From NCBI GenBank assembly GCA_035548735.1, contig DASZSK010000263.1, forward strand, positions 8,711-72,710: DNA of 64,000 nucleotides, read 5' to 3'. The notes beneath the pieces are model-generated. The model ran no database searches. It saw nothing but the letters and a program-made list of their open reading frames with translations, and was not told the DNA's origin. The position numbers were made by a program, and so were the translations under genes. Source of the DNA: Caulobacterales bacterium. Its GTDB lineage: Bacteria > Pseudomonadota > Alphaproteobacteria > Caulobacterales > Aquidulcibacteraceae. This document shows, in pieces, positions 1 through 9,122 of the stretch (positions are counted from its first letter, which is position 1; each line of letters opens with the position of its first letter).

Positions 1-1220
1 AAGGGCACGCCCTGGCCTTTGCGCACCTTGCCGAGGAAATAGCGCTCGAACGCTTCCTTGGCGCCATGCACCCACTTGCCTTCGGCCGACCAATTGACGT
101 TGCGCGGCGGAATTTCCGGCTGCGCCACGAACGCGACGCCGCCGTCGCCGAAATCGGCGAGGCAAACGGCGTTCCAGGTCGCTTCAGCGTCGGGCGTGCG
201 TCCGCGCAGCAGAGCGCCGATATTCCTGGCGGTCGCCGTCACCATAGACTCGATCATGAAGCCGGTCTTCGGCACGCCCACCGGCACCGGCGTCTTGCCG
301 ACGGGCGGGATCGCCACGGTTACGCCGATGCTGAAGATATTGGGGAAGGCGGGATTGCGCTGGTTCTTGTCGATGAGGATGAAGCCGCGCGGATTGGTCA
401 GCCCTTCGATGCCGCGCACCGCTTCGACGCCGCGAAACGCCGGCAGCATCATGGAGAAAGCGAACGGCAATTCGTGATTGGCCTTCGTGGCGCCGTTCTC
501 ATCGACCTCCTCGACGAACATCTTACCCGGTTCGACCTTCGTCACCTTGGCGTTGGTGATCCACTTGATGTGGCGGTTGCGCATCTCGCTTTCGAGCAGG
601 CTCTTGGTGTCGCCGACGCCATCGAGGCCGAGATGGCCGATATAGGGCTCCGAAGTGACGAACGTCATCGGCACGCGATCACGCAGCTTGCGCCGGCGCA
701 GCTCGGTGTCGAGGATCATCGCGAACTCGTAGGCGGGCCCGAAACAGCTCGCGCCTTGGACGGCGCCGACGACGATCGGTCCGGGCGCATTGCAGAAGGC
801 TTCGAACGCGGCGGCTGTCTTTTCCGCGTGATCGACATGGCAGATGGAGTGTGTGGCGCCCGCTGGGCCGAGGCCGGGGATTTCGTCGAAGGCGAGGTCC
901 GGACCGGTGGCGATCACCAGATAGTCATAAGCAACCGAGCGCCCGTCCTCGAGTTCGACGCGGTTTTCCGCAGGATGCACGCGCTTGGCGCCCGTGCCGA
1001 TGAAATTGATGCCGCGATGCTTCATCACCGATGGCAACTTCACCTCGATGGCCTGGCGTTTGCGCCAGCTTACCGCCACCCAGGGGTTGGACGGGACGAA
1101 GTGATAGACGTCGCCCTTGGAGATGACGGTCAGGCGGTCCTTGCCGCGCAACTGGTCCTTAATCTCATAAGCGGCGATGACGCCGCCTAGGCCCGCGCCG
1201 AGCACAACGATTTCGGCCAT
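1..1220 (-). CDS. sqr: Sulfide:quinone oxidoreductase-like FAD-dependent oxidoreductase. The C-terminus is cut by the window edge and the gene is absent from the supplied ORF track.
   Basis: Manual reverse-complement translation from ATG (complement of 1218-1220) gives MAEIVVLGAGLGGVIAAYEIKDQLRGKDRLTVISKGDVYHFVPSNPWVAV... (Rossmann GxGxxG). It stays open to position 1, ending ...KEAFERYFLGKVRKGQGVP. The plus-strand ORF 66..1190 is its antisense shadow. Confidence 0.8.
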   Translation of the reverse strand, partial: MAEIVVLGAGLGGVIAAYEIKDQLRGKDRLTVISKGDVYHFVPSNPWVAVSWRKRQAIEVKLPSVMKHRGINFIGTGAKRVHPAENRVELEDGRSVAYDYLVIATGPDLAFDEIPGLGPAGATHSICHVDHAEKTAAAFEAFCNAPGPIVVGAVQGASCFGPAYEFAMILDTELRRRKLRDRVPMTFVTSEPYIGHLGLDGVGDTKSLLESEMRNRHIKWITNAKVTKVEPGKMFVEEVDENGATKANHELPFAFSMMLPAFRGVEAVRGIEGLTNPRGFILIDKNQRNPAFPNIFSIGVTVAIPPVGKTPVPVGVPKTGFMIESMVTATARNIGALLRGRTPDAEATWNAVCLADFGDGGVAFVAQPEIPPRNVNWSAEGKWVHGAKEAFERYFLGKVRKGQGVP

Positions 1221-1280
1221 TTCTCTTCCTCCCGGCCGTTTCCTTGAGCGGCCTGCTTGACGATATATGAGCAAACACGT

Positions 1281-1300
1281 ATATGCGCAAGTACGCATAT
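1281..1300. promoter_or_regulatory. Imperfect 20-bp palindrome ATATGCGCAAGTACGCATAT in the sqr / rhodanese divergent promoter. Candidate operator.
   Basis: 8 of 10 arm positions are complementary (arms ATATGCG / CGCATAT). It lies in an AT-richer 166-nt intergenic region between divergent start codons. Confidence 0.4.
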
Positions 1301-1386
1301 AGCGGCTGCGATCCAGCGCCTAACTACGCCGGGCGCATCGCTTTTGGGTTGCGCTAGATCAAGTTTCACTCCGCGGAGGGCCGCTA

Positions 1387-1710
1387 ATGTTCTTTTCCAG
1401 TCCGACTACCGAAGATCCGCGCCGCATTCACGAGGCGCTGCGCAAGGGAGAAATCGTCTTGGTCGACGTGCGCGAGCCCGGCGAGCACAGGGAAGAACAC
1501 ATCGAGGGCGCGGTGCTGCATCCGCTTTCGACGTTCGATCCAGCGCGGCTTCCCGCGCAAGCGGGCAAGGCCATCGTGCTCCATTGCGTCTCCGGAAAAC
1601 GCTCGGCCACCGCGCTGGCGCAGTGCGCCAAAGCCGGCGTGCCGGTTCGTGCGCATATGGGCGGCGGGATCATGGCCTGGAAGGCCGCCGGCTTGCCGAC
1701 GGTGAAGTGA
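1387..1710 (+). CDS. Single-domain rhodanese-like sulfurtransferase
   Basis: 107 aa. Contains the active-site loop HCVSGKRS and a VDVREPGE motif typical of rhodanese domains. Confidence 0.85.
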   Translation: MFFSSPTTEDPRRIHEALRKGEIVLVDVREPGEHREEHIEGAVLHPLSTFDPARLPAQAGKAIVLHCVSGKRSATALAQCAKAGVPVRAHMGGGIMAWKAAGLPTVK

Positions 1711-1717
1711 GGACGCA

Positions 1718-2773
1718 ATGACGCGCATCTCAGCAGCGATCGGCGCGGCGACGGGCGCGATGATTTTGGTGACTGTGGCGCTGAGCGGCTGCACCCGCGC
1801 GCCGACGCACGCCGCGACGGCCGCGGCTGTGGCGCAGCCGGGTTTGCTGACCGTCGAGCAGCGGCTCGCGCCCGATTACAAGATGGTTTCCGCCGTCCTC
1901 ACCAATCGCGATGTCGGCGATGCCCGCGCGCGCATTGGCGGCACGCTGGCGCGCGTGTTGGTTCGCGAGGGCGACCAGGTGCGGCGCGGTCAATTGCTGG
2001 CGGTGGTGGCGGATCAGAGTTTGTCGCTGCAGGCGCAGTCCGGCGCGGCGAACGTGGTTGCGGCAGAGGCGGTCGCCGAGCGCGCGCAGAACGATCAGCG
2101 CCGCTATCAGCGCCTGTTCGAACAGGGCTTCCTTTCGCAAGCCGGCATGGACCAAGTGAACGCGAGCGCCCGCGCCGCCGAGGCGCAATTGCGCGCTACG
2201 CGCGCGCAGGCCGGCGCACAGGCGGCCGTGAGCGATCAGGGTCGCGTGATTGCGCCCGCGGATGGACGGGTGACGCGTTTGCCGATCCCGCAGGGCGCGG
2301 TGGTGATGCCGGGCGATGTCGTCGTCGCCATTTCGACGGGCGCGCGCGTGCTGCGTCTGGAGCTGCCGGAAGCAGATGCGTCTTCGCTCGCGCGGGGGCA
2401 GGAAATCCGCGTCATCGCCGAAGAGGGTGGAGGCGGGGCGCGCACCGCGCGCGTGCGTCAAATCTATCCCGCCGTCGACAATGGGCGCGTGACAGCTGAT
2501 CTCGACGCCTCCGATATGCAAGGCGATTTCGTTGGCGCGCGCGTGCGCGTGCTGGTCCCGACCGGGCAGCGCCAGGCTTTCGTGATCCCCGCGAACTACA
2601 TCGTCACGCGTTTTGGCGTAGACTATGTGCGCTTGGCTCGCCAAGGCGGCGCCATTGAAGCGCCCGTGCAGCGCGGCGCCGCGTTGCCGCTGGAGACGAT
2701 GCCGAACGGCGTGGAGATTCTTTCCGGGCTGCGCAATGGCGACCAGATTCTGCCGATTGGCGCCGGCGCATGA
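1718..2773 (+). CDS. Efflux RND periplasmic adaptor (membrane fusion protein, HlyD-like) lipoprotein
   Basis: Signal peptide with lipobox LSGC. Coiled-coil Ala/Gln-rich hairpin region. 7 nt after the rhodanese gene. Its stop overlaps the next start (ATGA). Confidence 0.85.
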   Translation: MTRISAAIGAATGAMILVTVALSGCTRAPTHAATAAAVAQPGLLTVEQRLAPDYKMVSAVLTNRDVGDARARIGGTLARVLVREGDQVRRGQLLAVVADQSLSLQAQSGAANVVAAEAVAERAQNDQRRYQRLFEQGFLSQAGMDQVNASARAAEAQLRATRAQAGAQAAVSDQGRVIAPADGRVTRLPIPQGAVVMPGDVVVAISTGARVLRLELPEADASSLARGQEIRVIAEEGGGGARTARVRQIYPAVDNGRVTADLDASDMQGDFVGARVRVLVPTGQRQAFVIPANYIVTRFGVDYVRLARQGGAIEAPVQRGAALPLETMPNGVEILSGLRNGDQILPIGAGA

Positions 2774-5700
2774 AGCTTGGCCTCTCCGGCTCGCTGACGA
2801 AGGCGACGATCCGTTCGCCGCTGACGCCGCTGTTCTTGCTGACGGCGCTGGCGCTCGGCTTGCTCGCCGTGTTCACGATCCCGCGCGAGGAAGAACCACA
2901 GATCAGCGTGCCGCTCGTGGATATTTCGGTGCAGGCGAACGGCTTGCGCGCGCCCGACGCTGTGGAACTCGTCACCAAGCCGCTCGAAACGATCATCAAG
3001 AGCATTGACGGCGTCGAGCACGTCTACAGTCAGACGCAGGACGATCAGGTTCTGGTGACGGCGCGCTTCCGCGTCGGCACCGACCCGGACGCCGCGATCA
3101 CGCGCGTGCAGGAGAAGGTGCAGGCCAATATCGACCGCATCCCGGTCGGCATTCCGGCGCCGCACATTGTCGAGCGCGGGATCAATGATGTGCCGATCGC
3201 GGTCATTACGCTTTCGCCGCGGCCTTCAGTGGCCGATCGCTGGAGCGATCAGGCGCTCTATTCGGTGGCGCACCAGTTGCAGACGGAGTTGATGAAGGTC
3301 GACAATGTCGGCCTGACCTTCATTGTCGGCGGGCGGCCACAGGAGATTCGCATTGCGCCGGATCCCGGGCGGCTCGCGCTCTATGGCGTGCCGCTCAGCG
3401 CCGTGATCGACGCCGTACGCAGCGCCAACAGCGCGTTTCCGGCGGGAGCGCTGCGGGGCTTGAGCGAGACGCAATCGACGGTGGTTGGCCGCACGCTTGA
3501 CGATCCGGCGGAGATCGGTCTGCTCACGGTGCGCAGCGCGGACGGGCGGACGGTGTATTTGCGCGACGTCGCCGACGTGACGATGGGCGCGCGCGAGGAC
3601 CAGGCGCGCGCTTGGCGCTTCACGCGCGAAAATGGCCGCTCGGCGATGGCGCCTGCGGTGAGCCTCGCCATCGCCAAGCGCGCCGGGGCCAACGCCGTCG
3701 TCGTGTCGCAAGCGATCGAGCGGCGTCTGCATCAACTCGAAGGGCGGCTCATTCCCGCTGGCCTCGACGCGACGATGACGCGCAATTACGGCGAGACGGC
3801 CAATGAGAAGGCAAACGAGCTTCTGCTTCACCTCGGGCTCGCCACGATTTCGATCGTGGTGCTGATCGGCTTCGCCATCGGCTGGCGCGAAGCCGCGGTG
3901 ACGGCGTTCGTCATTCCGACGACGATCCTGCTCACGCTCTTCGCCTCGAACCTGATGGGTTACACGATCAATCGCGTCAGCCTGTTCGCGCTCATCTTCT
4001 CCATCGGCATTCTGGTCGATGACGCAATTGTCGTGATCGAGAATATCGCCCGCCATTGGGGCATGCGCGACGGCCGCTCGCGCGATCAAGCCGCGATCGA
4101 AGCGGTGGCCGAAGTCGGCAATCCCACCATCGTCGCCACGCTCACGGTGGTTGCCGCGCTGCTGCCGATGATGTTCGTGTCGGGATTGATGGGCCCGTAC
4201 ATGGCGCCGATTCCCGCGAACGCTTCCGCGGCGATGCTGTTTTCGTTCTTCGTCGCCATGGTGCTGGCGCCATGGCTGATGGTGCGATTCGCGCGCAAAG
4301 CGCTGGCGGCGCCGAGCCAGCACGCCCACGCGGAGGGCGTCCTCGGCCGCTTGTATCGCCGCGTCGCCACGCCGGTGATCCGCACGCGCAAGAGCGCGCG
4401 TACCTTTCTTATCGCTGTCGGCGTCGCCACGCTGGTGGCTTGCGCCTTGTTCGCCACCAAGACGGTGCGTGTGAAGCTGCTGCCGTTCGATAACAAGTCC
4501 GAGGTTCAGGTGGTGGTCGATCTGCCCGAAGGCGCCTCGCTTGAGGCGACGCAGCGCGTGCTGATCGAAGCGGCGCAAATCGTGCAGAACGTCCCTGAAG
4601 TGGTCTCGGTGGACGCGTATGCCGGGACGGCGGCGCCATTCAATTTCAACGGGCTTGTCCGCCACTACTATCTGCGCAGTCAGCCGGAACAGGGCGATCT
4701 GCAAGTCACCCTAACGGCGAAAGACGCGCGCCATCGCGCCAGCCACGCCATCGCGATCGACATTCGCCAGCGTCTCGCACGCCTGCAGACGCCAGCGGGC
4801 ACATCGATCAAGGTCGTCGAAGTGCCGCCTGGACCTCCGGTGATTTCGACGCTGCTCGCCGAAGTGTACGGACCTGACTCCGACACGCGGCGCGCGGTCG
4901 CGACGCAGCTGCGGCAGATCTTTCATGGCATTCCCTATATCGTCGATATCGACGACAGTTTTGGTCAGCCGCGGCCGCGCCTGCGATTGATGCCCGATCG
5001 CGCGCAGCTCGAATATTTCGGTCTGTCCGAACAGAACGTGCTGGATTCGATCTCGGCCACTCTGGATGGACAGGTCGTGGGCTATTCGCATCGCGGCGAG
5101 GGGCGCGATCCGATCGAGATCGCCGTGCGGCTGCCGCAATCGGCGCGGACATGGTCGCAAAACCTCGCGGCCATGCCGGTGGCGATGGCGTCGAACGGGT
5201 CGCGTCTGATTCAGCTTGGCGAAGTGGTGCACGCGCAAGCCGAGCAGGGATCCTATCCTGTATTTCGCCGTGACGGGCGTTACGCGGAAATGGTGACGGC
5301 GGAACTGGCGGGCGCGTACGAAGCGCCGATCTACGGCATGCTCGACGTCGATTCCGCCATCGAGCACCACAATTGGGGCGCTCTGCCGCGTCCGGCCGTG
5401 AGCCTTTACGGCCAGCCGGAAGACGAGTCGAAGCCGACTGTGCTGTGGGACGGCGAGTGGGAGATCACGTACGTCACCTTCCGCGACATGGGCGCGGCCT
5501 TCATGGTGGCGCTGCTTGGCATCTACATTCTGGTCGTCGCGCAGTTCAAAAGCTTCCGGCTGCCGCTGGTGATCCTTACGCCAATTCCGCTGACGTTGAT
5601 TGGCATCGTCATCGGCCACATCCTGTTCAATGCGCCGTTCACGGCGACATCGATGATCGGGTTCATCGCGCTCGCCGGCATCATCGTGCGCAATTCGATT

Positions 5701-6015
5701 CTGTTGGTGGATTTTGTGCGCCATGCGCAGACCGAGGATAAGCCGCTACGAGCCGTGCTGCTCGAAGCCGGCGCTATTCGCTTCAAACCGATTCTCTTGA
5801 CGGCGTTGGCGGCGATGATCGGCGCGGCGGTGATTTTGTTCGACCCGATTTTTCAGGGTCTGGCGATTTCGCTGTTGTTCGGCCTCGCCTCATCGACACT
5901 GCTCACCGTGTTGGTGATCCCGGCGATTTACGTCGTCATGCGCGATGACGGCCGCCCGCTCGACGAGCCGCTGCCGGTCGCGCCCAAGCCCGCATTTTCG
6001 CAAGCCGCAGAATAG
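2770..6015 (+). CDS. RND efflux transporter permease (AcrB/AcrD/AcrF superfamily)
   Basis: 1081 aa with 12-TM architecture and two large periplasmic loops. Typical motifs SIGILVDDAIVVIENI and GIIVRNSILLVDF. Confidence 0.9.
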   Translation: MKLGLSGSLTKATIRSPLTPLFLLTALALGLLAVFTIPREEEPQISVPLVDISVQANGLRAPDAVELVTKPLETIIKSIDGVEHVYSQTQDDQVLVTARFRVGTDPDAAITRVQEKVQANIDRIPVGIPAPHIVERGINDVPIAVITLSPRPSVADRWSDQALYSVAHQLQTELMKVDNVGLTFIVGGRPQEIRIAPDPGRLALYGVPLSAVIDAVRSANSAFPAGALRGLSETQSTVVGRTLDDPAEIGLLTVRSADGRTVYLRDVADVTMGAREDQARAWRFTRENGRSAMAPAVSLAIAKRAGANAVVVSQAIERRLHQLEGRLIPAGLDATMTRNYGETANEKANELLLHLGLATISIVVLIGFAIGWREAAVTAFVIPTTILLTLFASNLMGYTINRVSLFALIFSIGILVDDAIVVIENIARHWGMRDGRSRDQAAIEAVAEVGNPTIVATLTVVAALLPMMFVSGLMGPYMAPIPANASAAMLFSFFVAMVLAPWLMVRFARKALAAPSQHAHAEGVLGRLYRRVATPVIRTRKSARTFLIAVGVATLVACALFATKTVRVKLLPFDNKSEVQVVVDLPEGASLEATQRVLIEAAQIVQNVPEVVSVDAYAGTAAPFNFNGLVRHYYLRSQPEQGDLQVTLTAKDARHRASHAIAIDIRQRLARLQTPAGTSIKVVEVPPGPPVISTLLAEVYGPDSDTRRAVATQLRQIFHGIPYIVDIDDSFGQPRPRLRLMPDRAQLEYFGLSEQNVLDSISATLDGQVVGYSHRGEGRDPIEIAVRLPQSARTWSQNLAAMPVAMASNGSRLIQLGEVVHAQAEQGSYPVFRRDGRYAEMVTAELAGAYEAPIYGMLDVDSAIEHHNWGALPRPAVSLYGQPEDESKPTVLWDGEWEITYVTFRDMGAAFMVALLGIYILVVAQFKSFRLPLVILTPIPLTLIGIVIGHILFNAPFTATSMIGFIALAGIIVRNSILLVDFVRHAQTEDKPLRAVLLEAGAIRFKPILLTALAAMIGAAVILFDPIFQGLAISLLFGLASSTLLTVLVIPAIYVVMRDDGRPLDEPLPVAPKPAFSQAAE

Positions 6016-6026
6016 GAGAGAGCGCC

Positions 6027-6233
6027 ATGCCGAAGAATGAAGGAATGCTCGATCGCGTTATCCGCGTCGTTGTGGGGATCGCCATCCTATCCCTGGTGTT
6101 CGTCGGTCCGAAAACGCCGTGGGCGTGGATCGGCCTGCTGCCGCTGTTAACCGGCGTGGTCGGCTTCTGCCCCGCCTATGCATTATTCGGCATTCGCACT
6201 TGCAAATTGGCATCGGGCGGGCCGCAAGCGTAG
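6027..6233 (+). CDS. DUF2892 (YgaP C-terminal-like) two-TM membrane protein
   Basis: 68 aa. Matches MLDRVIRVVVGIAILSL...LLPLLTGVVGFCPAYALFGIRTC, the typical DUF2892 pattern. Preceded by RBS AGGAGAG. Confidence 0.8.
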   Translation: MPKNEGMLDRVIRVVVGIAILSLVFVGPKTPWAWIGLLPLLTGVVGFCPAYALFGIRTCKLASGGPQA

Positions 6234-6314
6234 CGCGGCGCGCGTCTTACCATCGCAGGCGGCGTGCGTTACCATGCGACGATGATGCACGCGAACGATT
6301 GCGACCGATCCTAG

Positions 6315-8327
6315 ATGACGCCGGTCAAGGAAGGCGACCTCTTGTGGCGCGGCGGCGCGGCGTTCGTTGAGAGCGCCAACGTCACTGCCTTCATGCGCTG
6401 GCTCGAGCGCACGCGCGGTTTGCGCTTCGACGATTATGCTTCACTCTACGCTTGGTCGGTCGCGGACATCGAGGCGTTCTGGGCTGCGGTCTGGGACTAT
6501 TTCGCCATCATATCGGACACGCCCTATGAAAGCGTGCTGAGCGGTCGCGCCATGCCCGGCGTGCGGTGGTTTGACGGCAGTCGGGTCAATTACGCCGAGC
6601 ACGTGCTGCGGCATGAAGCGGCGAAAGCCGACGCGATCGTGCTCTATCATTCCTCCGAGCTGCGCCCGCTTGCGCGCACACGCTGGGCCGAACTCGGTGC
6701 GCAGGTGCGCGCGCTGGCGACGGCTTTGCGCGCGCGTGGCGTCGGACCCGGCGATCGCGTCGTTTCGTATCTGCCCAATATCGTGGAAACGATGGTGGCG
6801 ATGCTCGCGACGGTCGCGATTGGCGCAGTGTGGTCGGCGGCGGCGCCGGAATTCGGCGTGCAGACGGTCGTCGACCGGTTTGCGCAGATCGAACCGAAAT
6901 TGATGTTCGCCGCCGACGGCTATCGGTTTGGCGGCAAGGATTTCAACCGCCGCGCGGAGATCGCCGAGATCGTCGCGGGGTTGCCGAGCCTCGAGACAAT
7001 TGTCTGGCTGGACTATCTTGGCGGCGGCGAACGCCCGCAGCTTCCGGGAAAGACGATCGTCGATTGGCGTACGCTGCTGGAGACGCCGGCGCCAGCGCGC
7101 GAAGCGTTCCGCTTCGAGCGGGTTGCCTGCGATCATCCGCTGTGGGTGCTTTATTCGTCAGGAACCACTGGTTTGCCCAAGGCGATCGTGCATTCACATG
7201 TGGGCGTGCTGCTTGAGCAACTGAAGAGCGGCGGCTTCCATGGCGACCTGAAACCGTCCTCGATCATGTTCTTTTACACGACGACCGGCTGGATGATGTG
7301 GAACGCGCTGACGCGCGCGCCTCTCGCCGGCGGCGCGGCGGTTCTCTACGATGGCAGTCCCGCGCATGGCGGCTTCGACATGCTCTGGCGCTTGGCCGAG
7401 CAAACGCGGGCCACGACGTTTGGCGCGAGCCCGACCTATGTCGAATTGATGCGCAAGCATGGCGTCACGCCGCGCGCGCATTTCGACCTGTCGTCGTTGC
7501 AAGCGATCGCCCTGTCCGGATCGCCAGCGACGCCCGAAACGTTCGTTTGGTTCTATGAGAATGTGAGACCCGATCTTTGGATCACATCGCAATCGGGTGG
7601 AACCGAGTTTTGCAGCGGCCTCGTGGTCGGCGCGCCGACGCTGCCTGTCTATGCAGGCGAAATCCAGGCGCGCGCCCTGGGCGCGGATGTGCGCGTGTTC
7701 AGCGATGCGGGCGAGGCGGTCGTGGACGAGGTTGGCGAATTGGTGGTGGCGCAGCCGATGCCATCCATGCCGCTTCGGCTGTGGGGCGACGACGATTTCG
7801 CCAAGTACAAGGAGGCGTTCTTCGACGTGTATCCCGGCGTTTGGCGCCATGGCGACTTCATGAAGCTCAACCGCCGGGGCGGTTGCTACATCTATGGCCG
7901 CTCAGACGCCACGCTCAATCGCTTTGGCGTACGCATCGGCTCCGCCGAAATCTATCGCACGATGGAGAGCATCGACGCGGTGCTGGACAGCCTCATCGTC
8001 TGCATCGAAGAGCCGGGCGGAGGCTATTTCATGCCGCTCTTCGTCAAATTGCGGACTCCTGGGCGTCTCAGCGATGCGCTGCTCGGCGAGATCAACACAC
8101 AATTGCGCACACAATGCAGCCCGCGCCACGTCCCCGATGTAATCATCGAGGCGCCGTCGATCCCTTACACGCTGACCGGAAAGCGCATGGAAGTGCCTGT
8201 CCGCAAGCTGCTGATGGGCTGGGCCCCCGAGCGCGCGTTCAATCGCGGCGCCATGCAGGACGGCGCAGCGATGGACTGGTATCTGCGGTTCGCGGCCGAG
8301 CGCCGCGAGAGGGTCGGCGCGTCTTAG
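6315..8327 (+). CDS. aacS: Acetoacetate-CoA ligase (acetoacetyl-CoA synthetase)
   Basis: 670 aa. AMP-binding motif YSSGTTGLPKAIVHS, plus GRSDATLNRFGVRIGSAEIY and SPRHVPDVII...TGKRMEVPVRKLL, characteristic of AacS. Confidence 0.85.
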   Translation: MTPVKEGDLLWRGGAAFVESANVTAFMRWLERTRGLRFDDYASLYAWSVADIEAFWAAVWDYFAIISDTPYESVLSGRAMPGVRWFDGSRVNYAEHVLRHEAAKADAIVLYHSSELRPLARTRWAELGAQVRALATALRARGVGPGDRVVSYLPNIVETMVAMLATVAIGAVWSAAAPEFGVQTVVDRFAQIEPKLMFAADGYRFGGKDFNRRAEIAEIVAGLPSLETIVWLDYLGGGERPQLPGKTIVDWRTLLETPAPAREAFRFERVACDHPLWVLYSSGTTGLPKAIVHSHVGVLLEQLKSGGFHGDLKPSSIMFFYTTTGWMMWNALTRAPLAGGAAVLYDGSPAHGGFDMLWRLAEQTRATTFGASPTYVELMRKHGVTPRAHFDLSSLQAIALSGSPATPETFVWFYENVRPDLWITSQSGGTEFCSGLVVGAPTLPVYAGEIQARALGADVRVFSDAGEAVVDEVGELVVAQPMPSMPLRLWGDDDFAKYKEAFFDVYPGVWRHGDFMKLNRRGGCYIYGRSDATLNRFGVRIGSAEIYRTMESIDAVLDSLIVCIEEPGGGYFMPLFVKLRTPGRLSDALLGEINTQLRTQCSPRHVPDVIIEAPSIPYTLTGKRMEVPVRKLLMGWAPERAFNRGAMQDGAAMDWYLRFAAERRERVGAS

Positions 8328-9112
8328 CGCGGCATCGCTTCTTTGAACTCGGCGAGCGCGGCCGCGGCTGCGGTGCGCATGAAGCCCTGGTCGGACGCGA
8401 CCATCATCACGGTGACGCCCATATCGATGAGCCACTTGGCCTCGTCCGACTTCATCGATTGCGTGACCGCGGCCAGCACCTTGTTGTGACGCCGGACCGA
8501 GTCGGCGACCATTTCAGCGGCCTCTTTCACCGTGGGCGCCTTGCCCGGCGCGTTGCTGAGCGAGAGGCCGAGATCGCCGCGGCCGAGGAAGATGCAATCG
8601 ATGCCCGGCACGGAGACGATGTCGTCGATCACTTCAAGCGCCTGACGGTCCTCGATCATGGCGATGACGGTGGTGGTCTTGTCGGCGAAGCTGGTGTGAT
8701 CGGCGCCGCGCGCGCCATACTCGCCGCCGCGGCCGATGCCGAGGCCGCGCGAGCCGCCCTTGTAGTGTGACCAGGAGACGATGTCGCGCGCCTTCTCGGC
8801 GGAATAGACGTGTGGGGCCATGATGCCGATGGCGCCGTCGTCCAGAACTGAGAGGATGCTGGTGGCGTCGGGGCGCGCGATGCGCACGATGCCGGCTGTG
8901 CCAAAGGCTTTCGCGGCGAGCAGCCCCATGTCGAGCGTGCCGCGGTCCCACGGCGCGTGTTCTTCGTCGAGCATGACGAAATCGTAGCCCAGGCCGCCGA
9001 TGATCTCAGTGTTGTGCGCGCTCGGCGTTTTCATGAATGTGCCGATCAGCGGTTCGCGCGCCAGCATGCGTTCACGGAAGGCGCGGGGATCGGGACGAGC
9101 GGCAGCGGTCAT
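8324..9112 (-). CDS. HpcH/HpaI family aldolase (2-keto-3-deoxy-acid aldolase type)
   Basis: 262 aa. Contains GYDFVMLDEEHAPWD, IVRIARPD and GIDCIFLGRGDL motifs of the HpcH/HpaI fold. Confidence 0.8.
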   Translation of the reverse strand: MTAAARPDPRAFRERMLAREPLIGTFMKTPSAHNTEIIGGLGYDFVMLDEEHAPWDRGTLDMGLLAAKAFGTAGIVRIARPDATSILSVLDDGAIGIMAPHVYSAEKARDIVSWSHYKGGSRGLGIGRGGEYGARGADHTSFADKTTTVIAMIEDRQALEVIDDIVSVPGIDCIFLGRGDLGLSLSNAPGKAPTVKEAAEMVADSVRRHNKVLAAVTQSMKSDEAKWLIDMGVTVMMVASDQGFMRTAAAAALAEFKEAMPR

Positions 9113-9122
9113 GGGCTTTTCC

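Noticed and set aside
66-1190. 374-aa plus-strand ORF covering the left end of the window
   Set aside because: Arg/Ala/Gly/His-rich low-complexity translation. It lies exactly antisense to a well-formed SQR-like reading frame with a Rossmann motif, so it is a GC-driven shadow ORF.
3226-5724. Long minus-strand ORFs (3226..4704, 4711..5724) inside the RND permease gene
   Set aside because: Arg/His/Asp-rich nonsense composition antisense to a clearly recognisable AcrB-family protein. The same reasoning applies to 7577..8770, 15022..16248, 19078..20157, 20371..21339, 21460..22524, 22737..23750, 37568..38977, 46643..48061, 48295..49764, 52693..54150 and 54808..55809.
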